From positions 2,627,258 through 2,691,257 of the forward strand of contig CM082591.2 in the NCBI GenBank assembly GCA_040954595.2: a stretch of 64,000 nucleotides of DNA, written 5' to 3'. The stretch's first letter is position 1, and each line of letters begins with the position of its first letter. The translations under genes were made by a program, and so were the position numbers. The notes under the pieces were generated by a model, which was given only the letters and a program-made list of their open reading frames with translations, was not told the DNA's origin and did not search any database. Source of the stretch: Balanoglossus misakiensis (Eukaryota > Animalia > Hemichordata). Below are positions 39,041-60,340 of the stretch, in pieces.

Positions 39041-40505
39041 GATTTGCTGTGCGCCACCAACGGTTGAAATGGTGCAAAGGACCAGACTACACGTGCTCGC
39101 GCTACATAGAGCTCGTCCTACTTGTTTGTTAGTGTATAAGTGTTTTTTGTGCGTGTTTGTTATTGTTTATTAAAATAAAAACACATAAACAGTGAAAAGC
39201 TGTCCCAGTTAGCGCAAAAGAATGAATAAATCTCGGAATCACGGACCGAAGTCACAGGATACAGTGCGCCGCCACCGTCAACACCTGAACGAGCAATCAG
39301 AAATTGTCGTCTGTTCATTTCATAGGAGTTATTTCCAGTTTCACCGCTGCGGACGCGTAAAAATCACAAAAAGGTGAGTAATTTGTACGTGTTGGAAGGT
39401 TCCATGTTAGTGAAGGCATTTACACCGCTTCTTATATTTTTAGTTCTGTCCCAAACGCAATATTTATGGTATTTTTGTGTTGCTTTCGTTTTTCTTTGAA
39501 ATGCAACATGACGATGTCGCGTGTCGATTTACGGACGCACCGTCGCGGATCACAACCAAGCTTGAAATATCGCGTCAAATCACATTAAAAGACACAACTT
39601 GTCAATATTTCACAATTTTCTTAAGTTTATAGTATCTGCTTTATTTATTTTTCCCGTTGACTAAATTAGAAGCTACGAAAAGCTCTCAGAAATTGAAAAC
39701 AAATACGTCCACAAGCCAATATTCTGACAACCTGAATAGCCATAGAGTAGCACATGGAGTTCCACCTGGACCCAGAACCCATTGACTGCTTTCACATTTA
39801 AATTTATCATAAATAATTAATAGAGGTCACCCCACGTCCTCAGCCATAAATGAATATGATTAGCTAGGATTGTGAAGTTTGAAGACTTACCGAGTACATC
39901 ACTATACTTCGGACGCATCCGCAAAAAAAACTGTGTATATTTCATACCGTCCGAAGCTGGGAAAATTTCATGTTCATTTCTGCGAACGATGCACATGCTG
40001 AAACTGTTTGGACACGTGTCAATTGACTTTAGAACTAAGTAAAACAGTAAAGCGAATGACCGGCAACAGGTTTTATACGCCTTGGTCTTCGTGTGTTCAG
40101 TAAAGATCATAAAAACACCGGTGATTTTTATAGAAACTGCGAAACGCAGCAAAAGAAAGTTACGCTCCCCCTTTACGTTGCACAAGATTTCAAAAAGGTC
40201 GCGTCATAGTTTTCCATGTAAATCGTAAAAAGAACAAGTCGAGATTTCTACAAAATCGTAGCAAACCAACACTTTCGTGAAATGTTGCAAGACGAATCTA
40301 GAGTCTCAATCATTCATTCACAACTTTTAATTCTCAAGAATTCAGCATTTGCGCTGTGTTTATATAGATACTTCTATTGAAATCATTCTCATGTTTTGTC
40401 ATTTTTGTATACAAGTGACAAATTTGTTGAATTTTGCATGTTTGAATTCTAGGGATATCGAGCTGCCAGGAATATCTGTGACTGTCTCATCTACTTCAAA
40501 AACAT

Positions 40506-40732
40506 CTGGAATTTGGAATATCTTGATTTTGGAATACCTGGAATGTGCAAAAACCTGGAATTTGGAATACCTTGATTTTGGAATACCTGGAATGTGGAAT
40601 ACCTTGATTTTGGAATAACTGGACTTTGGAATAACTGGACTTTGGAATACCTTGATTTTGGAATACCTGGAATGTGCAAATACCTGGAATTTGTTATGCC
40701 TGGAATTTGGAATACCTGGAATTTGGAATACC
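40506..40732. repeat. 16-bp minisatellite (consensus CTGGAATTTGGAATAC), about 14 degenerate units
   Basis: Tandem units read directly, with variants such as CTTGATTTTGGAATAC and CTGGAATGTGCAAAAAC. Confidence 0.9.
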
Positions 40733-40800
40733 CTTCCTGTGACACAAATTGAGATTCAAGGTAATCACGTTATATTATTTCTTATTATTCAATACTTTAA

Positions 40801-41082
40801 AGCGCGTAGCTCGTCTCACACGCATGTTCCAACTGTAGCCGCTGGTCACAGACGTTAAGTGAACAGTCAATCCCAAAAGGCAGTGCTCACACAAGATGGC
40901 GGCGACCATAATCTGTGTCGGAGATCGGGAAAAGACACTAGCTTGGGTGAAAAGGAGGGACAAAACCAGAATACGGTGCGCATGAAATATGGAAGGAAGC
41001 GAAGGCAGTCCACTATTTGAATGCATCGAACGGAAAATTTGCTGGGAAGTTACGCGCATGCGCGTGAGACGAGCTACCCACT
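40801..41082. mobile_element. MITE with TTAA target duplication (Kolobok-like), 282 bp
   Basis: TTAA|AGCGCGTAGCTCGTCTCACACGCATG ... CATGCGCGTGAGACGAGCTACCCACT|TTAA, a 26-bp TIR with 3 mismatches. Confidence 0.8.
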
Positions 41083-41385
41083 TTAAATGTTGTCTATACA
41101 CAAACCTAAACAGGGATTGGCAGCCATTTTGAATTTCTTTTTTGAGTCAACTTGATACAATTTTGCTTTCATTCCAAACTTGGCATATTCACCCCCAATT
41201 CTTAATCACAATTTAAAAAGAGAATATCCTTAAGTTGCCTTGAGCAAAATATGAGAGAAAGTTCAAGACTTTAATTTTCAAGGGGCAGTCTACCTTAAAT
41301 ATAATCACATGATTAGCATAGGAACAGAGACACTGTCAATAACGACGAAAGAGACAAGTTCCAAGCTGAAAACAAAAAGATACTT

Positions 41386-41391
41386 TTTATT
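41386..41391 (-). terminator. Candidate distal polyadenylation signal (AATAAA) of HIPK
   Basis: AATAAA on the - strand followed by U-rich sequence (TCTTTTTGTTTT). The region between it and the stop is U-rich on the sense strand. No transcript data. Confidence 0.35.
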
Positions 41392-42556
41392 GAAACCATT
41401 CCCCTTCTCACCAAAAATAAAACATTGGCTAGGTTGTATCGTCTCACACATCTAGTGGAATATATTGGTATATCCAGGCTTGAAATACTCCTTTAGAACC
41501 CGCATCTCAAATAAAATAACTATTGATGCTGTAATCCACATACTATATGGAAAATATTGCACGCTGTTATACTGTGAATCATAGGAGAACAATTCTATTT
41601 GGAAATTTATAACTGATGTGAAGTTATTCTAGTTCAGACTGAAGTCTTTTTGTAAAATTACAAGTTTGTGAAAATATTTAACATAATACATGGAAAGTCA
41701 ATATCAATACAACTGCAGTTTATAGAGTAATACAATGATTTGACTTTTACGGATGAGAATCTAATTTGAAAAGTCTGTGGAAAAAATTAACTTGGTGTAC
41801 AAGTTGATATATAATATATAGTTAAGTTGTGTAATACAATATAAGCTGTGGCACAAATTGAAACTCAATCTAGAGTTTGTGTACTCATTACTTTACCCAT
41901 AATGCTCTGTAATGAGCATGCTCAGTTGTCTCCTTTTATCTCCAGTGCGTGGCGTGGGCGAGCTTTCATAGAATCTTTCGTGACCGTCACATCAAACTTT
42001 CATATCAATCGATCGTTATTATCCCGAGTTGGGTATATACCTAATAATCTTCATTTTTGTGTCATTTCTGAAACTTTCATCTTTAAGTAAAGGGATCTGT
42101 TTCTCCTAACACTTGGTAGTGACAGGTTTATAATGTAATTTAGATGAAACTTGTGATAGACAACATAGAGCCCCTTAGAACACTGGCTAGTTCAGTGGCT
42201 TGAGAGTCATTATTTTGTCAGGTCATGTGACATTGATCAGATATTCAAATTAAATTATCAACCAATCACACACTGGAGATCAAACTCAACTTATATAGCA
42301 ACACAGCATACAGGCAAGTCAAGTATCAGTCTATTTTCTTAAATTCTCTTTAACCTCTCAAGTTTAACTACTGATAAAAACTGTTTTTCAAATTTTTGGC
42401 AGTTAAAGATTGTAAAAACCCTGATTTTAGTAAAATAACTGATATGACATTTCATTGTGGAGTCTCCTTCAACTGGTAGCAAAAGAGCAATCTGTCCTTT
42501 TGGAACACAGGATGTTTGTGAGCACAATTTCACCACTTCGCTGCAGAACAAATCTT

Positions 42557-42649
42557 TTAACCCTTTCGCCACCATGGTTTGTCCCAAATCCATTATTTTC
42601 TATAGTAAAGTTGGACCTCTATAGAGGGAACTAGGGGTGGTAGGGTCAA
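42557..42649 (+). mobile_element. ~85-bp piggyBac-like MITE copy
   Basis: TTAACCCTTTCGCCACCATGGTTT...GTTGGACCTCTATAGAGGGAACTAGGGGTGGTAGGG. Confidence 0.8.
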
Positions 42650-43212
42650 GCAGGAGGTCTCCACAATGAAATGTCAAGTGATACTACTTAGATCTCAAGC
42701 AGGCGAGCTAAAACCAATGAAGTACAACACATTCAAAGGCAGTGGAACTGAGACTGGTCAGATTTCACCACAGAGGGCACACCTTGATATTGCCAACAGT
42801 TCGCCACAGAGGGCGCCTTTTGTGCTCGCCATCTGTGTCACCCCATGGGAGGGAACTCACTGGTTTTTTACATTTTACAAGTACAGTTTTACAAGTTTCA
42901 ATCCTGAAGGAAAAGGTCACAATCTTTTGACATAATTCTCAGTTCTGTGAGAGGTTTAGTTTTATGTTGTTTTGAGAAACATGCTGAAGTAATCAAGCGG
43001 TACTGTGGACACAAGTACTGAAGTGACAAGTTTAGGTGTAGACCAAAAATTTCATGACTTTACCCAGATCTACCAGGAGTGTAGTACAAAGGAGTCTGTT
43101 TTGAGAAAAAAGTTATGACTGGGAAGTCAGCCTGTTTTCAGTTTAATATACACCTCTCACAATAAAATAAGGCAATATCAAAAAAGAGTGACTTTTTCGG
43201 AGTAACTATATA

Positions 43213-44111
43213 CAGTAAAACCTGTCAAAACCGGACCCTGGTAAAACCGGACCACTGTCCATACCGAACGATTTTTTCAGTCCCTGCCCACTCCCATAGA
43301 CGCCCTGTGTTAAAAAACCTCTGCAGACCGGCCACTGTCTACTGTGGAAACCGGACGGGATTTCGAGCGAAAACCGGACGGAACGACTTTTTGAAGACGG
43401 CATCTTTTCAAGTTTCTTTGTTTTTGCTACATTAAAGATATGATGATCACTGTCTTTTGTCTTTGAGTTTTGTTTTGACCAATTTAACAAGCAATCAACG
43501 GCGTGGAGCTGTCACTCAAGCAAGGCGTGAACGCATTCTATTGTTCGACTCGTTTGTCGCATATTTTTGACAAGTGGAGTGTCACCGCAGTAATGAGCTC
43601 TGTTGTCGGCTGATCAAACATAACGTTTCCCCGTGTCATTTTTTTCGGACGGTCAAAGCTATGAAGGCACATTCAATCAGAGCGATGTATACGAGCGCGT
43701 CTGTCCTGGCTAGCAACGGAGTCGTACGATCGTCTGCCGCGCGCGCTGGGCCGGGCGCGTGCGGGTTGTAGATTGCTCCATCACTTCCGCGTTCGGCGGC
43801 GCTAGTGCGTTCGCTCGCATATTTTGCGAGTCCAGCTGTAGCTAGGCCGTTCGTGAGTGTAGTTCTCGTTCACATAAAAAAAAGGGAAAATATTTATTGT
43901 GTATTCGTTTAGACCTATGCTAAATTATCCATACACTTTATTGTTCCATGACGCCCGTGGTCGTACGTGCGTATGTATGTATATGGTCGATGTGTGAAAC
44001 ACGGCCGGATCGGAAAACTTTTGACCACGCCCACCCCTCCAAACCGGACCACTGTTCAAACCGGACAGATTTCTCAGTCCCCCCAGAGTCCGGTTTTGAC
44101 AGGTTTTACTG
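43213..44111. mobile_element. Non-autonomous Tc1/mariner (pogo/Tigger-type) element, 899 bp
   Basis: Perfect 24-bp TIR CAGTAAAACCTGTCAAAACCGGAC / GTCCGGTTTTGACAGGTTTTACTG, TA on both flanks, subterminal AAACCGGAC repeats, CpG-rich interior, no transposase ORF. Confidence 0.9.
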
Positions 44112-44864
44112 TAGAATGCTGTCACAGACGGCATAAGTTCTAGAGTTCACACTACAATGGGTTTCTGAAAAGGTGTCATTTTGTAAATAGCTGTTTGGTT
44201 GAACAGCAAAACTGAAGTCCAATAATGCAGAGTCTTCCTGTATGGCATTTCAAGTGACAATTACACCAGCTCTTACTTTCGGTAGAATTTGTTGCTAAAT
44301 ATTTGATCGCGAGGAGCAAATATCTCATAACACACTTGCGAATGTTTCCCCCTTCCGAAAATGTACTTGTCTTATCACATTGAAATTAGTAATGGGGACT
44401 TGATCACCTCATATGATCCTGGACTGATCCATTTAGCATCCAAGGGTGGGCTGTGTTTCCATGGAATTTTTCTACCCCTGGTAATTTCAATTGCTTAAAT
44501 ACTGTAGTGAAATCTATAAACGATTTGCAGCATAATTTTAAAAAGAAATATGGCACATCAAAACACAAATTACCTAAAGTGTAAAAGAAAAAAAAAAAAA
44601 AGTTCAAGCTGACATGGCAACAATTTTTTCAGGACCTGGCTGGTAAATTCTGCTTCTCTATAATTTCAAGTAACTGCCAAAGTCATTTATGTGATAATTT
44701 TTTCTGAACACCATACATAACATGGTACCTCTGATGGAGAACTCTGCTATTTTGGACATCTTTTTCTCAAGTATTGCATAGTGGTGAAAGTACGTTATAT
44801 TAATTTAGGATGGCTGCCTAATTGTCTTACCACCAAACTAATTCCATCCCAGCATGCACTTGCA

Positions 44865-44990
44865 TGACCCCTGAGTGACCTTACATCCTGGTGTTTTTGT
44901 TGCCATGGCATCATTTTTCCAGAGTGTTAACTCGTTTGGTAAACTGGTACCGACCGAAAATGCCAGGATGTAAAGGTCACAGAGGGGTCA
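44865..44990. repeat. Inverted-repeat element (MITE-like)
   Basis: TGACCCCTGAGTGACCTTACATCCTGG / CCAGGATGTAAAGGTCACAGAGGGGTCA; a related tandem TGACCTTACATCCTG occurs at about 26412-26473. Confidence 0.65.
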
Positions 44991-47900
44991 AAAACGGGCC
45001 TATTGGAAGCAGACACATCCAAGCAAAATCTGCTTTGGTCACATTTTGTCTCCTGTTGTTTATCGCCACGGCTACCAGTGCATGCTGGGACTGCCACACA
45101 GCCTACCAACAAACTCCAAGCCTTACTGTCAAGTGGCAGAAAGTTTCCAGTTTTTAAACAAAGAAGGCATTTTAGTATTCATAAAGAAAAAGAAAAATGG
45201 TCCCAGGTATATTTCCAGAGTTGGCAAACAACTTAAAAAGATGCAACTTTTTTTCTCCAAAAAATCAAAGATGTACTGGGAATAATTATGATAACGCTAA
45301 AGTACCATAGTTGCCATGGTGATACAACATGACAAAAGAGAATAAATGGGAAAGTAAAGCCCTGTGTTAGAACTGTGCGTCAAACTTCAGAATACACTGC
45401 AGCCTTCTTATGCAAAAATATCTGAAAACTTCTAGAAATAACACTTGTTCCACAAAATTTGAATGTGCTGTCAATAATCGAATACAACAAGGCCTCTAGG
45501 ATGATATTAAATGAATGAAGTTTTCCAAGGAATTTCAGGAAGTTTATAGTTTGGAAAAATACAACAACAACAACACATAATACACAATGTAATCTTGAAA
45601 GATCAGCGGCCATATTGGATTTTCCAAACGATCACTGACACCAAGTTTTCTATCTTGAATATATCTCCTAAACCAGTTAAATGACCGCAAAAATTTGTAT
45701 CGTTATTTCTTAAACCGTTGGTACAGAAGTTTTTGTGTTTCTTAAAATTATCTAATTTTTTTTTGTAATTTGTAAAGCTCTTCAATACTAAATGTTTCAC
45801 ATGGTGCAGTTGTTGTTGCACCTATTTCAAAGCCGGGAAAAATGACATGCAGTGACCTTTGACCTCAATCCAACATGGCTGCCGCAGTGTGGTACCTAGG
45901 ATATACTAGAATATACTTATCATTTTCAAACAACTTATTACGAGATATTACACACAATATTCCAAACCTCTGAATCTAGTCATTGGACTCACCCTGCTTC
46001 AGGTTATAGATTATGTCACTTTTAGAATGTAAACTTCAAAAATAAAAATATTGATGAACAACAAGCACCCAACATATCTTACCTAAGACTGTAAAATACT
46101 CCCTACAAAATACTGAAATACGCTTTTATACGCCTTTGTAAAACACTTAGAACACTAGCAAAATCAGAAACGTTCTGCGTAACTCCCAAAAATCGGTACA
46201 TACGATGTAAAACACTGAATAAAAGTATCAATAAGAAAAGGATATGTTGTAAAATTGTTTTATCACACATATAAAGACAAATCTTGTAAGTACCACGACT
46301 AAGTAAAACATACTGAATTCAAAACCAAAGCACACGTAAAATTTAAATATAATGCCTATGTTGAATGAGGAAAATAAAACTGGTCATCACACACCACACT
46401 AATCGAACGTCTCTAAAATTTGTCAAGAGATTTAGAAATGTTTGTAGCTATATTCATTCTGAATAATTATTGCAAATATACTTGCAAAGTTGAGAAATTC
46501 ATAAATTGAGGAAAAAACCTTTGACACAACAGATAAGGACGTGTATTGCCATGGAAACTAAGAAATCTACTTTTAAGTTTCACAATATTATCTACACTCC
46601 GATCATTGCAATTTAATGCTATATTATAACAAACGTTACGATATTTCAAGAATATATAGAACAAATAGTGATCTGATGAATAAATTTGAAGTTATTTAAT
46701 AAATCTGTATTAGCAATCATGATTGTAATTTTAAATCTCTTTAAGCTGATCTATGTGTTATGCATTAGCACTGACATATTCAGAAAAATAGGAATTTCAT
46801 CTATGTTTTTGAACCGTACACTACAAATTAGTACCCACAGAATCATGGAATCAAACAAATGCATAGAAATGCTTATTTTTGATTTGAAAACATCACAAAA
46901 AATTCGCCAAAGCTTAGCTCAAGGCATGCTGCAGTGTGTATCAATGTTACAGTACTGTGTGAAGAATACAAACTGGCTATACCACCTAGGCATTGTGGGC
47001 CACCGTACCTAAATCAGCCATATATTATTACAGGTGTACCACAGAGTTGTAACTTCTGGGCCACCGTACCCTCTACTTGTGCGGTCTCGCAACCCCAAGA
47101 TAATAGTTACTTATTACGTAGTACAGCTACACAAGTAGATATTATAATTTTCAATTTATAAAATAAAACAGAACACAAAAAACATTACAATCAATTAATT
47201 AATTTTTAAAAACTTGATCAGCTACAAACAGAGCTACATGAGAGGGACAGAAAGACCCCCTAAAATGGGGAGATTAAACACCCATTTTGGGAAGACAAAA
47301 ATAACATTACTTTAATTCAAAATTAAATTCACATCATATCTAAGTACCCACAGCCAATGTGGTCCAATTAAAATAACAATAATGATAATAAACTCTAACC
47401 TTTGAACTATAACATATCGTCAAGTAAAGGTCATAAAGACCTTGGTCATTGGTAACATTCCTTGCTAAGCCATTTTAAAATGTATTCAATCTGCATTAAT
47501 ATGCAATAAATGTGCATAAATTCAACAATACAATTCCGACACAGGACACTCACATTAAAATTGCTTCCACCAGTAGCTCTAGTTATCAGGTCAAGTCTTT
47601 TTAATTTCTCATTCAGCGATTTTCCCTTTTTCAAACTGGTAAACAAAAAATAGCGTTCATTTACTGACAAGCTCTTTTGGACAGAAACGTGAACTACTCT
47701 GTGAAAGTTAGCTGGTGCACTGTTCCTTGTACGATGGTATACTGGCTTTCACAAGGCATTTCCGCAATTAACCATCCAATTATAATATTGACAGTAAAAT
47801 AAAATAAAGCATATTTTACCACTTTGTAAAGCTGCAAGAATAGTTTTTAAAATGCCCAATACAGGACAGTATACTATGAAAACTAATTGTACTTTATTGG

Positions 47901-48704
47901 CAAATCATGTCGCGTAAACTATGACTCAATCCTTTAATCTGCTCTTCCTCACCAAAGTTTAGAACGATAATTTTTTTCAAAATAGGATATATAGCCACAG
48001 CTGTGGTGCTTCATCATTCATGTGAAAATTAAAGTCACATTTTTAAATACCGCGATCTGAAATTGCTAAACTGACCTTGTGACGATTCCCAGAGCTACTA
48101 TGGAATGCTAAAAACACTCAAAAAAGTCAATAAAAATATCCTCTTGTATCGATGCTAAATGCATAACGTAATACTGCCCAAATATTGTCAAAAAGAAACA
48201 CTTAGTAAATATAGCAATATAGCATTAATGCTCATATACGTTCAAATATGCTCCTCAAGAAAAAAACTAGTGACAATTTAAAATACGACAACAAAAATGA
48301 CACGAATTGTCAAAATATACATTAAGCGTATGGATAATATCCAAAATCGCTTTTGCCTTAAATAAATTCCAGTAATTTCCCAATATAGCTACTATTATTT
48401 CAATACAATACAGCAAAATAGTGACCTCCAAATTTATTACTTAGTTTCACACACAATTAGATATCATTATATTCCTTTCTGTAAAAACCTATACTATATA
48501 CACCTACGTACAACTGCTACAAGACAGTTAAAGAGTTTCAAAAAATCTAGAAAAATTTCATTCCAAAGAGTTAGACTATATTTCAAGTTTTAACAGGAAC
48601 TTTGAAAAATTTCCCCCCTTGAACATGCAAAGCAAGATGGCCGACTGTTAGTTCCTGTCGCAATGCATGGTGGGTAAATGCTGATTTGGCTATTCCAAGT
48701 ACTG

Positions 48705-56570
<7,866 letters not shown>

Positions 56571-57559
56571 TCATATATTAATTTTCACAACAGTAATAAA
56601 ATTAATCGAACTCAAGCCCATGTTTACGACTGAGGCGAAATGATGTGCAATCTCAATAAGACAACAGATGTTCTACATGTAAATTCTGAGAATAAAAGGA
56701 AAACATTAAAACAGCAAAAATCACAGTCATAACCTACTCAAGTTTCCCTATTGGATAAACCGTTTTTACTGCCTTTAACAGATACTCCCGTGATTAATTC
56801 CCCAATCATGAATTGCCATGGCAACGTCCATACTGACTCTCCAACTATGGTGGAGTGATTATCACCATGGCAATGATCAGAGACAAATGGCCCTTATAGC
56901 ACCTAAGCATATTTACTGAATTTCAAAAGACAAATATAATTTTCTTTGAACAGATGGGAATTGCTGATTAAAAGACTCGGGCATCAATGTTTCTGTCTTT
57001 TATGTCAAACTGCTTTCCTAGTGAATGGCACACTTCTCGTATTATGGAACCATTTTTCAATCATCTCAAAGTGGCTGCCTTTTTGGATTGAATTGCCACC
57101 AAAATTAGTATACCTTTTTATTGTCTTTGTCTGTTTTGGATGAAAACTGAAACATACGCATAACGGATAAAGATGTCCTTTTTCTAGGAAACGTATTTTA
57201 GTTTTTACAGTAATCTTTTTATCAGCCAAAACATTTGCATCTTTTATGTCGTAACCAGACAATTTTTAATTCTTGCATTCTTAGCTGTCTCTTCTTAGAA
57301 GCTTTTCAGGCGACAGTTACGCTTAAATTCTCGGAAAACCGTTAGGCAACAATGTCCCCTGTGTATTTGGCGTGTTGGATATTTGCTAGAAATACAGCCA
57401 AGCGTAATATACTGAGTGATCTTCGCACAAGGGTATTAGTTTTGTAAATCCCATCGATCAAATGTTGACATTTCTTTACAGCAACAAAGCTGGACTCTTG
57501 CATTCACAGTAACAGGACATTATTCGACAATGCAAAGGGGCTGTGCATGACTAGAAAAT

Positions 57560-57652
57560 TTAACCCTTTCACCACCGTGGTTTGGTCCAAATCCATTGCT
57601 TTCTATGGTACAATTGGACCTCTAAAGACGAAAATGGGGGTGAAAGGGTTAA
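57560..57652 (+). mobile_element. ~85-bp piggyBac-like MITE, best-preserved copy
   Basis: TTAA|CCCTTTCACC...GGTGAAAGGG|TTAA. Confidence 0.85.
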
Positions 57653-60244
57653 TCCGAGAGCGAGTCAACACAGTTCAGTTCAAATAGTCAGAGAAAGGTA
57701 TGCTGGGAACATGAACAGTTTATTACAATAAGGCCAACAAGCGTACATGTATATAATACCTTCAGGCGACTTACAAAAACCCAGCAGGCTGCTATCATTA
57801 TCCAAAAGCATCAAATGAGATTGCCGGCTCAATTTTCGCAAACTGGGACAATTTTTCCCAGGTCACATTGAAAGTACAAAGTAACATTCATCCTTTTGCT
57901 ATTTTTTAATATCTAAATTTGATAACGTAGAAACATAACACATTTGATCTGTATATGTAACTCCTGAAAAGGAGAACAGATCTTGAGTATGTCCATAAAA
58001 TATATCTCACAGATGCAAAAATATGCCGAGCTAAATTCAGCTGTAACCTGCGTCATTGGAGTAAGGAATGTGTATACAAATATCTCCCCGTGGCAGACCC
58101 CCTATCTCTGTCAGAATAATTAGTGCGGGCCATTAACCTTTGAACCACACAGGCAATGCACTTACGAAGCATTGCCCCTACTGATATGCCACCATGGTTC
58201 TAATGTTCAGTGCAATCAATCTCATGCAGCAATGTGTGAATGGAAGTAAACTCGCTCATGTACTTGAGTCTTGACTGTTGACGGCCGCTTTGGCCTTTGT
58301 TCCATGTACATAATTGCGTGAAGTTGTTTCTATTTTCTTCAGAGCTCGATGTCGCGCCTTCTGTGCTAGTCTGTGACGTTTATGAAACACTCAATTCACA
58401 TGGAATTTGCCTATGATAATGCCCGCATTGCGAATTTAGACAAAGAAGGCATCAACATCTGCTGACAGTCTAACTTGAATCATGCCAAACTGACACTGCA
58501 TAATGTTTCAATTGACCTAGATTCCATCTTGTCTCCCCTGACCAGGCTTGACAAGGGCATAAATTTTATTAATGGTGAAATAATTTATCCGCTGTTTCCA
58601 TATTTATTGATAGCTTGATCCCGTTTTTAATACACTTTAATACAATTAAAACATTTATTTTACAATTTTACAACTTAACTATTTAAACAAATGTGCTTCC
58701 ATGTTCTGTTAGGTCAAATAAAATGAGGAACTGAAATATTCTTTCGATATCAAAGCTTCTCACAATCCAAACTAATAGTTTAGATACGTGCAAATAAACA
58801 GAAAAGATCTGATATTATTCAGAGTTTTATATATGACTTAAAATTTCAGGTCTTCCAAGGAGGTTTTCAGTAGACTATTTTTGATGTGAAAAAATGATAT
58901 TTTTAGGACTGAATGTGCAGAATCCATGCAAAACTCTTAATCCTAATCTCAAATAATACTTCACATCATTATAAGATACCAGAACTAACCACATACTGGC
59001 TAAATCAGTTTTTCCCAAGTTTTCCGGAGGATATTTTCTTCTGGGAATACCATCAACTTTCAAGAAGTTAGGATTTCTAAGAAGGGAATGAACCCTGCTC
59101 TTTACTTCCTGTTATCTGCTGATTACACCAACAAACCTCTTTTCATGTCAGTAAATACATCACCATCTGAATCGTCCAGCCTGGATAAGAACATTTTGCT
59201 GTCAAGGAAGTGATGATAGTAGGCTTACACTGAATTTAGTTAAAGGGAAGAGTCTCTCTCTCGCTGACCTTTTTCCATTAATTATGTTTGATACAAGACA
59301 CCGTTTATGTTGTTATGACAACACACTGCCTTATGGCATTGAATGTATACATTTTTGTAATGAGAGTCTCTGGTTTGACATGTGTGCATAAAGACGACCG
59401 TGGCCCTTTAATATTACATTGGACGATTGTTTACACAGAGCCAAGTGTCTGTTCTTAAAACAACCCTACACATAGGTCATTCACCCATCCTGAAAATCAA
59501 CAGCTCTCCCGTAAACAGGTTGACTGACATGCCCAATGTCAAACACTGCCCGATTAACCACCATTGTCAAAAACATCCATTCATTTAGACAACATGTTCG
59601 GACAATACCTTCCTGTTATTGTTAACCAGATAGTTGCAAATTGATGGCTGGGTTTAATGAGACTAGTACAGGTACGCAACAACAACAGATTGGCAAATGA
59701 TTTTGTCTTGAAATTCAGAGTTCCATTAAATAATGTTACAAATCAGCTTGTTCTGGACAGCAAGTAGAGCATTTAGAATGAATGAATGAACAAAAATCAT
59801 GCCCAAATATAGCAATGTCTTCGTCAACATGCAAGATTGAAACGTCGGTTTAACCTTTGAAATAACATTAAGTTAATAACTCCCTCTCATGATGAAATTG
59901 TCATCACTGTCCAATACATATCTACATTTTATATGACTATTTTTGGATGTTCCAGATAGACACATAGGTCATCTATACTTAGACAGATAACGTATCTTTA
60001 ATCTTTATCGTACAGACTCAACGATGAACAATGCACTGTAAATGTCATTTGTGAAATAGGAGAAATATTCAGTTTTAACAATAATGAGGTCTATTTTTCT
60101 GATAATGAACGGTTCATCATAACCAAGCTGTCATACTGGAGTTGTGTTCACCATGATGACCCCTGACACACATGTAGTAAAGTTGTGCACAAATATGAAT
60201 AGTGATTTATCACTCAAAAGATTGCATTCACACTAAAATAGAGA

Positions 60245-60340
60245 TTAAGCCCTTCGCACCACCATGGTTTGGTCCAAATCCATTGTTTGCTATGGTAAAG
60301 ATGGACCTCTTAACAAGAAACTGGGGGGTGAAAGAGTTAA
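60245..60340 (+). mobile_element. ~85-bp piggyBac-like MITE copy
   Basis: TTAA...CACCACCATGGTTTGGTCCAAATCCATTG...GGGGGTGAAAGAG TTAA. Confidence 0.8.

Noticed and set aside
40491-40858. Repetitive ORFs and a CRISPR-like look of the 16-bp repeat
   Set aside because: The tandem units are contiguous with no unique spacers or cas genes, and the context is eukaryotic; it is a minisatellite.
43213-44111. Autonomous transposon or CpG-island promoter
   Set aside because: There is no transposase ORF, and the CpG richness is bounded exactly by the TIRs.
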